DNA of 64,000 nucleotides from Marinimicrobium sp. (GTDB taxonomy: Bacteria; Pseudomonadota; Gammaproteobacteria; Pseudomonadales; Cellvibrionaceae), in assembly GCA_050486405.1 (NCBI GenBank), contig JBJHDF010000004.1:118316-182315 (forward strand), written 5' to 3'. This document shows, in pieces, positions 56,334 to 64,000 of this stretch. The notes under the pieces were generated by a model. The model ran no database searches, was not told the DNA's origin, and was given only the letters and a program-made list of their open reading frames with translations. How positions within the stretch are numbered: the first letter of the stretch is position 1; every line of letters starts with the position of its first letter. The position numbers were made by a program, and so were the translations under genes.

Positions 56334-57899
56334 TCAATCGACCTTGCCGGCGCGGTTCTGGATCACACGCTCCTGGTGGGCCTGGACCGCTGCGGCGGGA
56401 AGATCACTCGGTGGCACCGCGTCCACTTTCTCACCGGTGCCGGCAGCCGCCGACACCAGGAAGCTGAAGTCCCCGCCCAGCGAATACTGCGCCACACCGT
56501 GACACCCCTGGCAACCACCCATATTGTTGGTCGTGGGCGGCACCGGTTGTCCTTCGACCAATGGCTTGGTGGTCAGGTTGTTGGTGCTGCGGGTATTGGT
56601 AAAGGTGGCTTTGCCAGTGCCACCGATATTGCCGCGAAACAGCTGAATGCCGGGTTGACTGCTCTCCACCACTATATTGGCCAGATAGAAATTCGGATCC
56701 TCCTGGTTGCTGCTGGGAATGGCCTGCACTCCCTTGAGCCGGTAGTTGGCCCAAACCGAATTCTCATCCAGGGAGGTAATGAGTTGGTGCACCTGATTGT
56801 TGACATCGTTGACTTGGCTGATGATGGTCTTGGGCTGTACCACCACTACCGCATCCTGGGGCAGCTTGCCGGCGGGCGGCAAATTGTAGGTGGCCACCGC
56901 GTTGCTCGCGCCGCTCAGGCCGGGTTCGTTCTTGGTGTAGGCACCGTAGGGCGTGGCTGTGGGGTTGGTGGGCTCACCTTCGCCGTAAGCGAGATTCTGG
57001 GATGTCCAGACAAAGGCCGGGTCAATAATGTTGCCGGAATCATCCCGGGTCACGGCGTCCACATGCTCGAAGGTGGTGAAGATAAACTGCGGATAGTTAT
57101 CCGTCTTTTGAATAATGTGCAGGGCAATCAGCGCGAAGGTATCGGTTCTGACCTCGGGCACCTGGCCTTCCTCACCCACATAGTAAGTGGCTGTTGCCTG
57201 GTGATAGCGGCTGGGGTCGCTGTGCTTGATATCCTGCACCCGGCGCCAGGCGGCCTTGACTTCCATCACGCCGCTGGGAAAGTTCCAGCTCTTGTCCTTG
57301 CTGGGCTTGAAGCGGCCGTGGGCGTAGTTGGCCGCCACACTGTTGACCTTGGCCATGTAAAGCACGGGAAAGTTCGGCGCGTTGGAGAGCTTGTAGTAGA
57401 GGAAGTTTTGCCCGATCTGATTGGTTTCGTCGAGGTTGACGTACTGACCATTGCTCACGGTAAAACCTTCACCGCCGTCCGTTGCTGGCGCAAAGCGATA
57501 CACCGGCGTTTTACCCACGGGTGACGGCGCCGGATCGCCCTTATAGAAGGGATAGGCTTCGGTGCGGTGATAAAAGCTTTCAAACACCACCGGGTTGCCC
57601 AGCAGTGGCTTAGACCCGCTGGCGATAAAACTCTTGCTGGGCTGCTCGCGCTTGGAGCCATCCTGCAAGGTGGCATCGGTCAGGTTGTTGGCGGCAATAA
57701 ACAAACGCCAGGCGTAGTTGGCCAACTGCGTGGGGTCGGCCTTGGCAACCAGGTCGGAGGGAAAGGTGTAGCCATCCTGTTGCAACTCCGAGGCCTGAAT
57801 GGGTTTTCCGCTGTCGGTCCCGCCGGCCACTACCGGCCAGGCGATCAGAGACAAGACAACAACGGCCAGCAGCGACCCTGCTCTGTCAATCGATTTCAT
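56334..57899 (-). CDS. Secreted protein of unknown function with a single C-terminal CxxCH haem-c motif
   Basis: 521 aa from ATG 57899. Signal peptide LAVVVLSLIAWPVVAGG. GGCQGCHGVAQYSLGGDFSF near the C-terminus. Confidence 0.6.
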   Translation of the reverse strand: MKSIDRAGSLLAVVVLSLIAWPVVAGGTDSGKPIQASELQQDGYTFPSDLVAKADPTQLANYAWRLFIAANNLTDATLQDGSKREQPSKSFIASGSKPLLGNPVVFESFYHRTEAYPFYKGDPAPSPVGKTPVYRFAPATDGGEGFTVSNGQYVNLDETNQIGQNFLYYKLSNAPNFPVLYMAKVNSVAANYAHGRFKPSKDKSWNFPSGVMEVKAAWRRVQDIKHSDPSRYHQATATYYVGEEGQVPEVRTDTFALIALHIIQKTDNYPQFIFTTFEHVDAVTRDDSGNIIDPAFVWTSQNLAYGEGEPTNPTATPYGAYTKNEPGLSGASNAVATYNLPPAGKLPQDAVVVVQPKTIISQVNDVNNQVHQLITSLDENSVWANYRLKGVQAIPSSNQEDPNFYLANIVVESSQPGIQLFRGNIGGTGKATFTNTRSTNNLTTKPLVEGQPVPPTTNNMGGCQGCHGVAQYSLGGDFSFLVSAAAGTGEKVDAVPPSDLPAAAVQAHQERVIQNRAGKVD

Positions 57900-57975
57900 A
57901 TCGCTATCCTCATTGGTAATAGTAAAAAAGTGTGGACAGTCTGCCAGCGCGCCTTGTGGCGCCACCTGCACACTG

Positions 57976-58605
57976 TCAGGCAGAGGCTTCTGTCAAACCT
58001 GCCTCCGGATGCCAATCCGTGGTTTTGGGAATATCCCCCGGCGCAACAGCCTCCTCCATGGTCACCGAGAAGTTGTCGCTCAATGCGCCGTTCCATATAC
58101 GGGCGGAGAGTGTCACCTTGAACAGTTCGAACAGACGTTTGTCTTCGTCGCTAACCTGGCCAAACAGGCGCTCCGTCAACTGGTAAAAGGACGGCGGTAC
58201 AAAATCGTCCCGCAGCTTTACCGCAGCGGTTCTGCTGCCATCGCAGACCCACCACTCGAATTTCATTTCCGCGTTGCACATGCCGCTACAGCGGGGATTT
58301 TCCAGCACCTTGAGCCGCTCCCGGCGGCGACAACCGGTGACATAATCCAAGGCGTCGAGCACACCCGGACCGGGGTGGCCGCTGACCAAATACAAATCCT
58401 CCCGGCACCAGAGCCCGTCGTCGGACAGCGCCAGAGCCGCCGCCTGCATGGCGCGGTAGCCCACCGCCGCTCCCCACCACAGGGTACCGGCATGGGCGCT
58501 AACAGCGCCGTCGTAATCCAGGGTCAATACACTGTCGCCCTCGGCAATGCGCACCCGGGTGCCCTCGGCGGGCGGAAAATCCCGAACAGAAAAACGTGTT
58601 GGCAT
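57976..58605 (-). CDS. Hypothetical Cys-containing protein immediately downstream of hypE
   Basis: 209 aa from ATG 58605 (GAGGAG upstream). Six Cys residues in total, including a CxxxC pair (CSGMC). 22 nt after the hypE stop. Confidence 0.5.
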   Translation of the reverse strand: MPTRFSVRDFPPAEGTRVRIAEGDSVLTLDYDGAVSAHAGTLWWGAAVGYRAMQAAALALSDDGLWCREDLYLVSGHPGPGVLDALDYVTGCRRRERLKVLENPRCSGMCNAEMKFEWWVCDGSRTAAVKLRDDFVPPSFYQLTERLFGQVSDEDKRLFELFKVTLSARIWNGALSDNFSVTMEEAVAPGDIPKTTDWHPEAGLTEASA

Positions 58606-58627
58606 GACATTCTCCTCAATGGTTTCT

Positions 58628-59695
58628 TCAGCAAATGCGCGGCAGTTGTTCGCCCACCAGCATGTCGACAATCCGGCGACCGCCCAGCACCGTGTTCATG
58701 GTCACCCGCCCCGCCCGACCGCCATCGATGACTGCACCGATCCGAGTCGCGTCCCGGCCCAGAGGATGCGAGCGCAGGGCCGCCAGCGCGGCCTCCGCCT
58801 CGGCGGCGGGCACCACGCATACCAGCTTGCCCTCGTTGGCCAGGTACAGGGGATCCAGACCGAGAATTTCGCAGAAGCCTTTGACCTCCGGCCGGATGGG
58901 CGTCTGTGCTTCCACTATGTCAATGGCCACACCCGATGCCTCGGCCACCTCGTTCAGTACCGACGCCAGACCACCGCGGGTGGCATCGCGAATAAAGCGG
59001 GTGGCGGGGGCAGCGGCCAAAATGGCGTCCACCAATTGGTGCAGCGGTGCGCAGTCACTCTGAATATCGGCGTTCAACGCCATATCGCCGCGCGCCTTGA
59101 GAATGGTGGCACCGTGATCGCCCAGCAGGCCATTGACCAGCACAACGTCACCCGGTCTGGCACTGGCGGCGGACAGGTTGATGCCCGCGGGGATAACACC
59201 CACGCCTGCGGTGTTGATAAACAGCTTGTCGCAACTGCCACGATTAACCACTTTGGTATCGCCGGTTACCACCTGCACGCCCGCCTCCCGGGCGGTGGCG
59301 GCCATGGAGCCGACAATATCCCGCAGCGTGGCCACCGCAAGACCTTCTTCGATGATGACACTGCAAGTGAGATACAGGGGGCGGGCGCCACCCACAGCGA
59401 GATCATTGACCGTGCCGCAAATGGCCAGTTTGCCGATATCGCCGCCGGGAAAAAACAGGGGGTCCACTACGTAGGAATCCGTGGTCAGGGCCAGGCGGTC
59501 ACCGCCCCGCTGCAACTGCGCCAGGTAAACCCGCGCCTGATCCTCCAGGCCGTTCAGCTCGGGATTGTCGAACGCCTCGACAAACACATCGTCGATCAGG
59601 TCGCGCATGGCTTTGCCGCCACCGCCGTGGGCGAGGGTGATAACCGAACTCGACAATTTTCCCCGGCGCCTGGGCGCTGTCATTTCTGCACTCAT
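58628..59695 (-). CDS. hypE: Hydrogenase maturation protein HypE (carbamoyl dehydratase)
   Basis: 355 aa. PurM-like fold motifs and the diagnostic C-terminal PRIC. ATGA overlap with the hypD stop. Confidence 0.92.
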   Translation of the reverse strand: MSAEMTAPRRRGKLSSSVITLAHGGGGKAMRDLIDDVFVEAFDNPELNGLEDQARVYLAQLQRGGDRLALTTDSYVVDPLFFPGGDIGKLAICGTVNDLAVGGARPLYLTCSVIIEEGLAVATLRDIVGSMAATAREAGVQVVTGDTKVVNRGSCDKLFINTAGVGVIPAGINLSAASARPGDVVLVNGLLGDHGATILKARGDMALNADIQSDCAPLHQLVDAILAAAPATRFIRDATRGGLASVLNEVAEASGVAIDIVEAQTPIRPEVKGFCEILGLDPLYLANEGKLVCVVPAAEAEAALAALRSHPLGRDATRIGAVIDGGRAGRVTMNTVLGGRRIVDMLVGEQLPRIC

Positions 59696-60858
59696 CAGGA
59701 CACCTCCACAGCGGCAATGCGGTGCTCTTCCAGCTTGTCCATGTCGCCGTACTGGTAGTAGGCGGCGCAGGCGCCTTCGCTGGAAACCATCAGCGCGCCC
59801 ATGGGCGTTTCCGGCGTGCAGGCCTTGCCGAACACCTTGCAGTCCCAGGGCTTGATGGCGCCCTTGAGCACCTCGCCACACTGGCAGGATTTGGGGTCGG
59901 CGATGGTCACCGCGGGCAGCGCGAACTTTTGCTCGGCGTCGTAATCGGCCCAGTGCCCCCTGATGCGCACGCCGGAGTGATCGATGGAACCCAGACCGCG
60001 CCATTCGAAGAACTCGCGCAACTCAAACACCTCGGCGATGGCCTCCAGGGCGACCCGGTTGCCCGCCTCCGGCACTATGCGGTTGTACTGGTTTTCCACC
60101 AGGGCTTCACCGCGCTCCATCTGTTTTAGCACCATCCAGATGGACTGCAGAATATCCAAAGGTTCGAAACCGGACACCACTATGGGTTTGCCGTAGTGCT
60201 CGGCAATAAAATTGTAGGGGCGGTTGCCGATGACCATGCTGACGTGGCCCGGCCCGAGAAAGCCGTCCAGTTTCAAATCCGGCGAATCCAGTACCGCCTT
60301 GATGGTGGGCACTATGGTGATGTGATTGCAGAACAGCGAGAAATTTTTGATGCCCTCCCGGCGCGCCTGTAGCAACGTCAGCGCCGTGCTGGGCATGGTG
60401 GTTTCAAAACCCAGGCCAAAGAACACCACTTCGCGCTCGGGATTCTTGCGCGCCAGACCCAGTGCATCCATGGGCGAATAGACCATGCGCACATCCGCGC
60501 CCTCGGCCTTGGCTTCGAGCAGACTTTTCTTCGAACCCGGCACACGCATGGCGTCACCAAAGGTGGTGAAAATAACCCGGGGATCTTCGGCCATGGCCAC
60601 GCAGTCGTCCACCCGTCCCATGGGCAGCACACAGACCGGGCAACCGGGGCCGTGAATCAGTTCAATACAATCGGGCAGCATGTTTTCAATGCCGTAGCGA
60701 AAAATTGAATGAGTGTGTCCGCCGCACACCTCCATCAGATAGAGCGGGCGAACCTTGCCCGGCCCCCGGTTGCTCTGCACCCGTTTGGCCAGCTGACCGA
60801 TTTCCGCAATCAACACCCGGGCCTTGTCGGGATCGCGAAACTCATCCACGTATTTCAT
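59695..60858 (-). CDS. hypD: Hydrogenase maturation protein HypD
   Basis: 387 aa. MKYVDEFRD start, CGGHTHSI, GPGCPVCV and C-terminal Cys motifs. Confidence 0.93.
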   Translation of the reverse strand: MKYVDEFRDPDKARVLIAEIGQLAKRVQSNRGPGKVRPLYLMEVCGGHTHSIFRYGIENMLPDCIELIHGPGCPVCVLPMGRVDDCVAMAEDPRVIFTTFGDAMRVPGSKKSLLEAKAEGADVRMVYSPMDALGLARKNPEREVVFFGLGFETTMPSTALTLLQARREGIKNFSLFCNHITIVPTIKAVLDSPDLKLDGFLGPGHVSMVIGNRPYNFIAEHYGKPIVVSGFEPLDILQSIWMVLKQMERGEALVENQYNRIVPEAGNRVALEAIAEVFELREFFEWRGLGSIDHSGVRIRGHWADYDAEQKFALPAVTIADPKSCQCGEVLKGAIKPWDCKVFGKACTPETPMGALMVSSEGACAAYYQYGDMDKLEEHRIAAVEVS

Positions 60859-60873
60859 GGGTTTTCCCCCTGC

Positions 60874-61578
60874 TTATGGTTTTCCGCCTGTCTGCGCAGG
60901 CAGGCGGCCTCTTTGATCCGCCAGCAGCGTGTGCACCAGATCCCACAGAATGTGGTAGATGGCGACGTGACACTCCTGGATGCGATGAATACTGTGACTG
61001 GGTACCACCAGGCAGTGGTCCAGCCCGGCGCGCAGCATTTCGCCGCCGTCGCCCCCCGCCAGCCCGATGGTGGCGGCGCCCTTGATCCGGGCCTGTTCGA
61101 AGGCGTTGATCAGGTTGGCCGAGTTGCCGCTGGTGGACACACCGAGCAACACATCTTCCGGGCGCATAAAGGCGATAACCTGACGACTGAATACCTCGGC
61201 AAAACCCACATCGTTGGCAACCGCCGTCATCATGGTTTTGTCCATGGTCAGGTCGTAGGCCGGCAACGCTGGCCGCCCGGCGGTAACCGGGTGCTGAAAC
61301 TCCACCGCTATGTGCGACGCGTCGCTGCTGGAGCCGCCATTACCCATGGTGTACAGGCGCCCGCTGGCCTGGTAGCAGCGCGCCAGCGTGCGCGCCGCCG
61401 CTACCACCGCGGCCGCCTCGGCGGCAAAAAATTGCTCCACCAGTTGTCGGTGCTCGTCGGCTTTGCGCTGCACCGACGCCTCGAGCGCCCGATCCAGGGC
61501 TTCGGGGTCCTGGGGTCGCGCCGACAGAAACGGATAGAGAGACGCGAGATGTTCGTCGTTGGCGTGAGCATCGGTCAT
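60874..61578 (-). CDS. SIS-domain protein (GmhA/phosphoheptose-isomerase-like) embedded in the hyp cluster
   Basis: 234 aa from ATG 61578. GNGGSSSDASH and GVSTSGNSANL SIS motifs. Confidence 0.7.
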   Translation of the reverse strand: MTDAHANDEHLASLYPFLSARPQDPEALDRALEASVQRKADEHRQLVEQFFAAEAAAVVAAARTLARCYQASGRLYTMGNGGSSSDASHIAVEFQHPVTAGRPALPAYDLTMDKTMMTAVANDVGFAEVFSRQVIAFMRPEDVLLGVSTSGNSANLINAFEQARIKGAATIGLAGGDGGEMLRAGLDHCLVVPSHSIHRIQECHVAIYHILWDLVHTLLADQRGRLPAQTGGKP

Positions 61579-61591
61579 GGCGCTGATCCCG

Positions 61592-61870
61592 TTACTGCGC
61601 GCCCAGGCGCATGGAGTCGAGTTCTTCCTGCATTTCACCCAGCTCGTTCAGGATTTCCAGCGTGGCCCTGGCCTCGGCCTCGTCGATACGACTCATGGCA
61701 AAGCCCACATGCACCAGCACCCAACTGCCGACGCAACTTTCCAGCGGTTCCCCTTCCGGCGCCACGCAACTGAGATTGACCGCCCTTTGCACACCGCCCA
61801 CATCCACAATGCCCAGTTGCAATTGCTCGTCGCTGATATCAACTATTTTTCCCGGAATGCCCAGACACAT
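61592..61870 (-). CDS. hypC: Hydrogenase assembly chaperone HypC/HupF family
   Basis: 92 aa starting MCLGIPGKIV (essential N-terminal Cys2). Confidence 0.92.
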   Translation of the reverse strand: MCLGIPGKIVDISDEQLQLGIVDVGGVQRAVNLSCVAPEGEPLESCVGSWVLVHVGFAMSRIDEAEARATLEILNELGEMQEELDSMRLGAQ

Positions 61871-61929
61871 AATTTATTCTCCCCGTTGCTGGCCTGATCT
61901 GTTCTCAGGCCATGTAAATATCCTGGTTC

Positions 61930-62384
61930 AAAGAACCCGGTTTTTCCTGACGCCCCCTACGTAAGGGGGCTTGTCGTTTCTGTCGCCTTGGGTGCCACCG
62001 ACGTAGGTTGGCGCAGTGCTTCCGGGACTCGCCGTGAACCCCTCCCTGGGGGCTCGCACACCGCCGCCCCTAGGCGCTCCCGTCGCTTCGGGACACTTCC
62101 CACATCCATGTGGGTCGTCCATGCGGTGTACGGTCCGCATCTAACCGCTCCGCTCCGGCCCCGACCTCCTTTAACATCGTCACTTCGAACTGGGTAAAAA
62201 CAGAGCGCAGTACTTTCAGGCTTAAGGGATTGGGGCTCGAGCGGAGCGGTTAGATACAGACCTTCGCGCGCGGGAAGCGCGTGCAGAGCCCCCAGGGATG
62301 GGTTCTCGGCGTGTCTCACACCCCTGTACCGCAAGCCCGTACCCATCTCCCTTACGAAGCACCCTGCCAAAGGCGCTACCGACC
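61930..62384. repeat. Repeat-laden spacer between hypF and hypC with nested imperfect inverted repeats
   Basis: Perfect 17-bp inverted repeat atctaaccgctccgctc (62139-62155) / gagcggagcggttagat (62239-62255). A second inverted pair tccctgggggctc (62043-62055) / gagcccccaggga (62286-62298). GC hairpin gccccc-tacgtaa-gggggc at 61952-61970. Confidence 0.65.
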
Positions 62385-64000
62385 TCACTGGCCGACCAGC
62401 TTAGTGGCACCGTGCAGCCAACGAGCGGCAGCCACCGCTGCCTGCCCAAGGGACAGGCCGCCGTCGTTGGCCGGCACCCGCGCCTGGGTCAGGCAACGGT
62501 AGCCCCGCTGGGCCAGCAACTCGCTGCTGCTCTCCAGCAACCAGCGGTTCTGCAGGCAGCCGCCGGACAGTGCCACGGCGGAAAAACCCAAACCCTCTTC
62601 GGCCAACACCCGCTGCAAGCGCTCGACACCGGACACCAGCGCCATGGCCAGACCGCCGTGAAAACGACCCGCCACCCACTGCGGCGATACACCCTGCTCC
62701 AGATCCGCCAGCAGTTCCCGCCAGAGCGGCGCCGGGCTCAAGCCGAAGGGAACACCGGAACGCTCCGGTTCCAACCAGGCAAAGTGGTAGGCCGGCTCGC
62801 GGCCGGACAACACCGCTTCCAGGTGCGCCGGGTCCACCAGTGCCTCCAGCGCCATGGCGCCCTGCCCCTCGAACTCGGCAAAGTCCCGCGCCAGCCCCAA
62901 AGCCGCCGCCACCGCGTCGAACAAACGGCCGCAGGAACTGGCCGGCGGCACATTCAACCCCGCCGCCAGCATTTGCTCGATCAGCGTCAGGGGTTTTTGC
63001 CGCAAATAATGGGCGAGTTCGCTGTCCCCGTGCGCATCGAGAAACGCCGGCCAACCCAAGGCCGCGACGATATGGGCATAGGTGTTCCGCCAGGGCTGTT
63101 GAATCGCCTGGGCGCCGCCGATCATGGCCACCGGGCTGAAGCGCGCCAGGCGACGAAAGCCCCGGTAATCCGCCAGCAGAAATTCGCCGCCCCACAGGGT
63201 CTGGTCGGCGCCGTAACCCAACCCGTCCAGCGCTATACCCAGTACCGGGTCGGCCGCGATACCCACCCGGTTTTCCAGCAGACAACTGGCGATATGGGCG
63301 TGGTGATGCTGCACTTCGCAAACCGGCAGGCCCTGCTCGCCGGCATTGGTCCGGGCCAACTTGCCGGAGAGGTACTCCGGATGCATATCAACGGCCAACA
63401 AGGCGGGATTGAAATCGTAGAGTTCGCGGTAAAGCGCCAGATTGCGCTCAAAATCGTCCAGGGTTGCGGCGTTTTCCAGATCACCCTGGTGTTGCGACGG
63501 TATCGCCATGCCGTCCTTGAGCAGACAGAAAGTGGCTTTCAACTCACCGCCATAGGCGAGGATCTGCGGCGCTCCGGCAAAGTCTTCGGGCAGTTCCAGC
63601 GCCTGGGGTGCATAACCCCTGGCGCGCCGCAGCAAGCGGACTTCGCCGGCCATCACCCGCACCACCGAATCATCGATGCGGTTGGCGATATCCCGATCGT
63701 GCAGCAGCAACAGATCGGCAATGTCGGGCAGCAGCGCCCTGCCCTGCTCCAGGTCGATGGCCTGTGGTTCGCCGGAGCGATTGCCGCTGGTCATCACCAG
63801 GGGTCCACCCATGCGACGGCACAGCATCAGATGCAAGGGAGTGTAGGGCAGCATAAAACCCAGCAAGCGGGAACCGGGCGCCACAACATCGGGCAGTGGG
63901 CAATCACTTCTGACCGTCAACAGCACCACCGGGGCCGCCGCGCTTTGCAGTGCTTGCCGCTCCGGCGCGGACACCTGACAGTAGCGCTCAACCCCGGCCA
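62385..64000 (-). CDS. hypF: Carbamoyltransferase HypF, C-terminal about 537 aa (5' end outside window)
   Basis: The frame stays open to the window edge (...GVERYCQVSAPERQAL...). YrdC-like (PIVLLT-type, TSGN) and Kae1-like (HHHAH, GGC.QN) regions. Confidence 0.9.
   Translation of the reverse strand, partial: AGVERYCQVSAPERQALQSAAAPVVLLTVRSDCPLPDVVAPGSRLLGFMLPYTPLHLMLCRRMGGPLVMTSGNRSGEPQAIDLEQGRALLPDIADLLLLHDRDIANRIDDSVVRVMAGEVRLLRRARGYAPQALELPEDFAGAPQILAYGGELKATFCLLKDGMAIPSQHQGDLENAATLDDFERNLALYRELYDFNPALLAVDMHPEYLSGKLARTNAGEQGLPVCEVQHHHAHIASCLLENRVGIAADPVLGIALDGLGYGADQTLWGGEFLLADYRGFRRLARFSPVAMIGGAQAIQQPWRNTYAHIVAALGWPAFLDAHGDSELAHYLRQKPLTLIEQMLAAGLNVPPASSCGRLFDAVAAALGLARDFAEFEGQGAMALEALVDPAHLEAVLSGREPAYHFAWLEPERSGVPFGLSPAPLWRELLADLEQGVSPQWVAGRFHGGLAMALVSGVERLQRVLAEEGLGFSAVALSGGCLQNRWLLESSSELLAQRGYRCLTQARVPANDGGLSLGQAAVAAARWLHGATKLVGQ

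Noticed and set aside
61957-62388. ORFs of 143 aa and 69-75 aa inside the hypF-hypC spacer.
   Set aside because: They are Arg/Pro/Gly-rich, overlap each other on both strands, coincide with inverted repeats, and have no SD or family motif.

Overview
High-GC (about 60%) gammaproteobacterial chromosome segment with Pseudomonas-like housekeeping synteny; I cannot name the organism. All family calls below rest on motif recognition by eye, with no database search.

Conserved backbone:
- mrcB, hemA-prfA-prmC-moeB, then TPR-lolB ... ispE-tRNAGln-prs-rplY-pth ... ychF
- coq7, osmC, crp/vfr, fabAB, ispB
- a sugar-utilisation trio
- a hypF-hypC-SIS-hypD-hypE maturation cluster

Accessory material interrupting it:
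1. A 5.9-kb integrative element in the 3' end of tRNA-Met (23760-29742). It has perfect 49-bp att repeats, arm-type repeats and a tyrosine integrase, plus AlpA-like, prim-pol and DUF5681-like genes and several unknown small genes. It looks like a minimal phage-satellite-type island.
2. An ATP-grasp ligase plus a 674-aa protein with a C-terminal papain-like Gln/Cys/His/Asn signature (33482-36811). The pair sits inside an ArsS-like radical-SAM / GT2 / DUF2064 / DedA-flavoprotein-disulfide-reductase / glutaredoxin neighbourhood. This is my best candidate for an undescribed system.
3. A tightly coupled AAA+ / lipoprotein hydrolase / ABC / ABC-2 / Cys-rich lipoprotein operon (38214-43740).
4. An AraC plus GH5-CBM6-CBM6 cellulase insertion between lolB and ispE.
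5. A DUF2007 / DxNxDG-repeat membrane protein between pth and ychF.

No CRISPR array, rRNA or IS transposase was seen.
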